Under the pieces are notes generated by a model, which worked only from the letters and a program-made list of their open reading frames with translations, was not told the origin of the DNA and made no database searches. A stretch of DNA of 54,561 nucleotides from Bigelowiella natans CCMP2755 (taxonomy: Eukaryota; Protista; Cercozoa). This document shows, in pieces, positions 49,593-54,561 of this stretch (its first letter is position 1; every line of letters begins with the position of its first letter). Position numbers and translations under genes: made by a program. The stretch covers positions 1-54,561 of the forward strand of contig ADNK01001713.1 in assembly GCA_000320545.1 (NCBI GenBank), in the 5' to 3' direction.

Positions 49593-51206
49593 TTACCTCT
49601 CCTCTTTGAGCGGAAATGAGGGCCATCTGTAGTCGACATTGTCTAAGCCGATGTCGTCCTCGTCGCAATGTTGCCCCCAAATGCACGAGATTTCGCTTTT
49701 GTTGTTTCCGGCGAGTTTTTCCAACGTGCTGAGACCCATGTACTCAGGGGGATTCTCATTTTCTTTGTTGTTAAACAGTTGATGGTCTGCCTCTGCAGCA
49801 GATTTATCTGATTTTTCCTCAGACGCGCTTTTATTCGTTGTGCTTCGGTTGTCGACAATCTTTTTCTTCTTCATCATCGCGTTCTTTTTCTTCTTAGCCT
49901 CTCGCGCATCATATCTAGCAATTTTCTCCTTCTTGTCTGCAGCTTTCTGTATGCTGCTCATCAGCCTGCGGTACTGCTTCTCTGCAGCCTCCTCTCCTAT
50001 TAGCTTAGCTTTGGCAATGGCGCGAGAAAGCTCCTTCTTCGCTTGAGCAAAATTATTTTCCTTTTCCAATGCTGTGCTAAGGATGTAGTAGGCCTTGTGC
50101 ATAATAATGTCCGGAGCATTTCTGAGTCGAATCAGCGTCTCCATGTCCGTCTTCGCCGCTGCCAATTTTCCATCTCTCATAGCAATTTCAGCACGAACAA
50201 TCAGGATTTCAGCAGGGTTTTTCTCATCCTCAACTCTTCCGCAGCTCTTCATCAAATCCAATGCCTTTGTGGCGGTAGAGAAAGCAATCTTCAGATTGCC
50301 CTCAGTCTCTTCCATGATGTCCTTTGCAGAGTTCAGGATCCGCGTCACTTCAGGAGGTAGATTTCTCTCCACCAGCATGATTTTCTGGTCATCGCTGCTC
50401 TCATCATCATCAAGCCATCTAGAAGAGCTCCAATACTCACCGAGCTTACTATCATCTTTAGTTTCATGATAGTCAGAGAACGAAATATATTTCACGCAGT
50501 CATCAGGGCCCACCACTCGAACGTGCATGATGCAGGGATGCACAAAAGCGATGGCAAAACCAAACCGAATCTTAACCATGCTGTTCTTGCCTCTTCCTAG
50601 AAATGTCCCTATCATTAGCGAGGAGGTACGATCACAATCGTGTCCCAAATCCTTCCGATGCCGATGTTGCTTGGGCGCTAGCAAATCAGACTGCAGAATT
50701 CCAACATGTGCTCCTATTGCAAGGTGTGCAGGGCTGCGGCGTAACATTTTTCTATCTGTGGATAATTTCAGCCGTAGTAGGGGGTCCTTTGCGATTGCGC
50801 GCTGCACTTCCGCCATGCTAGTCGTAATCTTCGACAGTTTTCTCCAGGATAAGATCTCACCAAGTGGCACCCATGAGCCCCGATTTCGCTGCATAATCGA
50901 TGAAAGATGCTGGTCTCTCTTTAGGTTTTCCCGGGAGAAATAGTAAGCAACTTGCCTCAAAATTTTACATTGCTTCCACGTAAGTTGCGACGCCATGGCC
51001 AGGGTAGGGATGCCATCGTCGTTCGGGGTAGAGCAACAGCTTGCCCTGCTATTCTTTGAGTCGCTTCTCGTGGGAGCAGTATTCGAAGTGTTCTTATTCG
51101 TCGTCGTCGTTCGTGTCGTCGGGATTTCAGTGCTGCCGCTGTGCTTGTTACTGTCACCCCCTGCTCGTCCGTATGCAGGACCAGAGTAAGCAACGGAAAG
51201 ACACAC
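49593..51206 (-). CDS. La-motif (winged helix) plus TPR-repeat protein
   Basis: KILRQVAYYFSRENLKRDQHL...WVPLGEILSWRKL...LKLSTDRKMLRR (La motif); AEILIVRAEIAMRDGKLAAAKTDM and KAYYILSTALEKENNFAQAKKELSRA (TPR-like). Confidence 0.8.
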   Translation of the reverse strand: MCLSVAYSGPAYGRAGGDSNKHSGSTEIPTTRTTTTNKNTSNTAPTRSDSKNSRASCCSTPNDDGIPTLAMASQLTWKQCKILRQVAYYFSRENLKRDQHLSSIMQRNRGSWVPLGEILSWRKLSKITTSMAEVQRAIAKDPLLRLKLSTDRKMLRRSPAHLAIGAHVGILQSDLLAPKQHRHRKDLGHDCDRTSSLMIGTFLGRGKNSMVKIRFGFAIAFVHPCIMHVRVVGPDDCVKYISFSDYHETKDDSKLGEYWSSSRWLDDDESSDDQKIMLVERNLPPEVTRILNSAKDIMEETEGNLKIAFSTATKALDLMKSCGRVEDEKNPAEILIVRAEIAMRDGKLAAAKTDMETLIRLRNAPDIIMHKAYYILSTALEKENNFAQAKKELSRAIAKAKLIGEEAAEKQYRRLMSSIQKAADKKEKIARYDAREAKKKKNAMMKKKKIVDNRSTTNKSASEEKSDKSAAEADHQLFNNKENENPPEYMGLSTLEKLAGNNKSEISCIWGQHCDEDDIGLDNVDYRWPSFPLKEER

Positions 51207-51520
51207 AACATATATGTTTCACACACATACAAACAAATACGCGCGCGGGACACACATGCACGCACGCACACACTCACACACAAGCAGTGAGTGGGTGAGA
51301 GGGAGCACGGGACTATTCGTTCACACACTCATACTGCAACCTATTTTCAAATCAAATGTACTGCTAGCAGGAACAAGAAGTACCCTGACTGTGCTCCGAG
51401 GAGACTCTACCACAACACATGGCAAACAAACAGTACTATAAACCATTGCCCAACGCGCATCATCAACCATCTCCTAGTGCTCACGAACGAATGCAACAAC
51501 ACGCGCTCGATCTTCCGATC

Positions 51521-51570
51521 GCAAGGCACAAGAAAGTGTCAGCAAGGCACAAGAAAGTGTCAGCAAGGCA
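51521..51570 (+). repeat. Short 21-bp tandem repeat, about 2.4 copies
   Basis: gcaaggcacaagaaagtgtca repeated. Confidence 0.85.
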
Positions 51571-51731
51571 GCGGCAGTACGATTGCTTTTGGTCGGCGTC
51601 CCTCTTGCCCACAGGCAACTTGTGATTCTTGTTTTTCCGGCGTGCGTTAAGGATCTCCGTGCGAGAGTTCAGACAGTATATCTAAGAGGCCGTTCCAGTT
51701 TCGAAATGTAAGAGAGTGTAATTCTTCTAAA

Positions 51732-51777
<46 letters not shown>

Positions 51778-51781
51778 GCGA

Positions 51782-51825
<44 letters not shown>

Positions 51826-52051
51826 CTCTTCCCTTTCTTTCAACCCCCTCTTCACCCCGCATTTGGCTTGAAAACGTTCGATATGGAAATCATTCATAGG
51901 AAATAGGCTTTTCATTGTAGTATGACACTGTGGAGGAGTACGTGTCATAGGCAATAAAATCTATTCTCTGGTCCCTTTTCCATATTTTGTTTATGAGAAT
52001 AACCTGCCATATTTCGAGGCCACTACCTTTGGCCTACGGAAGGGTGATATT

Positions 52052-53876
52052 ATGTTACGATTGTTGGATATGGTAACTTTTTGAGAATGATGTGATAATG
52101 GCCTTAGGGGTGAAAGAGGAATCGGAAGATCAAAAAACTGACGATCGATTGGATCTCGGTGTCGTAATGCGGAAAAGCCTTTTGAACGCTCTTGGCCACA
52201 GCTTTCATCGCCGTCTGTTTGTGGATTTTGGTAAGAGTCACCCCGTGAGCTTGTTCCGATTAAGTATGAGCGCTCGCAGTTTCGGGTATATCAGCGGTAG
52301 TTAGTTATCGTGTCACACGCACGCTCCTACTACGCGGCCTACTACACCGCGCTTAGCCACCTTGAGCTCCTCATCTTTCCAACCCGCTCGGGTAAAGATG
52401 CCGTAGTAAAAATCCCAGCATCGCTTTATCTGGTCGAGAATAGGGCAGGGTACTCAAATCAGGGCCAAGTATCGAAGTTGAAATGGCGAGCGGGTCTATT
52501 CCTGCGAAAAAAAAAATTCGATAAACGTCTGGATGATGATTACCTTATCCTTGAGCATTATCCCGTGCCGTAGACCGATCTCTAGTGAATTTAAGAGTGT
52601 TCAGTATGTTGTCCCTCCCCCACCCCCCACCCCCATAGCGAAAAACCACAGGTGATCTATTTCATGTATCTCTTTTGTGCATCTTGGCGAAGAGTGAGAG
52701 GTGGATCGACTCTTCGAACATACCCTCTGCAGACCCCGTCAACGTCAACGGCTCGAGCTTCTTCCTCGGGGTGCTCGCACCGGGTAGGAAGCACTCCTGT
52801 GGGGAGCACACGGAGCCCATTATTTGGACGACTACCTGTATCGCCCTTTTTTCCTCAATTTTCGTCTGCGACATGATAAAAATCATGTCGTAGCCTAAAA
52901 ATCCAATATGAAGCCAGAAACACTTGCGATCCGGAGCGTTTCAGCTTCAGATTCCGCGTGATCAGTCGATCAGTAGCCAGTTTTCGATGTTGAAAAAGGG
53001 AGTCGATGATGTCACATGATAAAAAATGCAGGTGATTTTGAAAATATGGTCCACTGGAACATGGATCTTGGGACTTACGATAACATTTAGAACTGCATCG
53101 CCTGGCCTGACACCTACGACAACCCCCCCCCCTGCCGGCCCGAACAGTACCATTGCTCACAGCCTCGCCCCCTCTAATCTGAAAGATTATGGGAAAGGAG
53201 GTGGCAGCGCAAGAGACCAACCCGGGGAGTGACTCAGGAGGGCATGGCCCATTTCTCACAGGCATCTGCGCATGGCAGAGGATTCACCTTATCCGGCCGC
53301 TTCAGACATTGAGGTGCTGTTGGATTGCACCGCTCAACGCACAGACATGGCATCAGCCTTTCTCTGGAGCGGGACTGCTGATTTCCATTCCCTCACAAAA
53401 TTCCCCATTGCTCTCTCGTTGGTTTGCTGGAATCAGATCGGTGGAACCCATCGCGAAGATAATTTCGGAGGCACCCATTCTCCTAGTCAGCCTTTGGATT
53501 ATCTGGTACGGGGAAAATGATAGGAAGGAAGATGTCCAAGTTGCACTTAAAGATAGCGTTATCACTCGTTCGTGCTTCCCCCCCCCCCCCCCCCCCCCCC
53601 CGCTTTCCGAACAACTTCGCAAGGTACTGGTGCGTAGACCCAAGAGGCGCCGTGAGGGGGATTTTTCTCGTTCCGATTTGCGAGGTAAGTCTTTTCCGTG
53701 GTAGGGCGATGGTTGCGAGGGCAGTTGAGGCCAGTGGTGGCGGCTAGTTGGTGCGTGTTACACGAGGATATGACCCGTGGTGAGGAGGAAGTAAGACACA
53801 TCGTGCAGCACACAGGATGATAGGTTTCCTCTGCGTGATAAAGCGGCACTGTCTTTTTTTATCACTGCTTCTTTAA
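52052..53876 (+). CDS. Hypothetical multi-exon gene of unknown function
   Basis: Series of GT-AG-flanked open segments (DRLDLGVVMRKSLLNALGH, HARSYYAAYYTALSHLELLIFP, YWCVDPRGAVRGIFLVPICE); no family recognised. Confidence 0.4.
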
Positions 53877-54392
53877 ATTGTTAGATCTCCAATGCAATCA
53901 TGAAGCAATATTTCCGACACCCTCGGTACGACTGTACACACAGCAGCAATGACCCCTGCCCCCTCCCTCCCCGCAAAGCTTTCACCGTTCACCGGCAACT
54001 CGCTCAGTGAGCGCAGTTGGGACGGCATGGCTGCATAACGACGCCGCAAGCCTTAGAAATAGGAGGGGAAATGATGGTGTTCGTTTGGCAGTTGAGCCCC
54101 GAAGAAAACACACGCGAAAACTCTGATCAAGATTGATAGTAATCCCTTCCCCGTCTCCTCCTCCTCATTCTTCTTCTTCTTCTTCTTCTTGTTCGTCTTC
54201 GACTTGCTACGAACATGCGATTATTTCGTAGACCAGGATGGATTAGGGAGCACCCTGTGGAGTACAAGCAATGGAGTGCAGAGGTTTGTTTGCCGACGTT
54301 GAAGAAGGAGAGTTACTGCCAGAGGCCGCGTTCGCATACAAAATAGCGTATATATGCAGATACAACAACCACAAATACGAAACAAAAGAGGA

Positions 54393-54458
<66 letters not shown>

Positions 54459-54561
54459 GGTTTGGTTTGTGTATGTGTGTGAGTGTATGCGCGTGTGCAC
54501 GCGTGCGATCACGAGGACTCGCGCGCACAAACGCACACACACTCATACACGTACGAGTGCG

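Noticed and set aside
53900-54561. 3' part of a minus-strand gene at the window end
   Set aside because: Only short low-complexity open segments; no product can be supported.

Overview
Intron-rich eukaryotic nuclear DNA with many microsatellites. Several genes carry signal peptide plus transit-peptide-like leaders, which suggests an alga with a secondary plastid; a chlorarachniophyte-like host is an inference only. Host genes: a large adhesion-GPCR/polycystin-like receptor (F5/8C-LamG-mucin stalk-REJ-GPS-7TM), a PDZ-like protein, a small coiled-coil gene, a PPR protein, a rhomboid protease, a TKL kinase, an FSH1 hydrolase, a zf-4CXXC_R1-like protein, flavodoxin, a C45 peptidase/acyltransferase and a La-motif/TPR protein. 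Mobile DNA: an intact young Ty3/Gypsy element with identical 326-bp LTRs, a MITE-like family and degenerate relics, one with an A32-like packaging ATPase fragment. Most striking signal: discrete islands of repeat or relic DNA where TpA is almost eliminated, TpG/CpA are enriched, CpG is kept, and surviving TA is mostly in CTAG. This fits context-specific A-to-G hypermutation at TAH on both strands, a possible RIP-like adenine-directed genome defence. The young Gypsy element sits inside such an island, and its integrase ends in a DIRS-type adenine-methyltransferase-like domain. Single-base homopolymer frameshifts suggest assembly indel errors. Exon boundaries and counts were read by eye.
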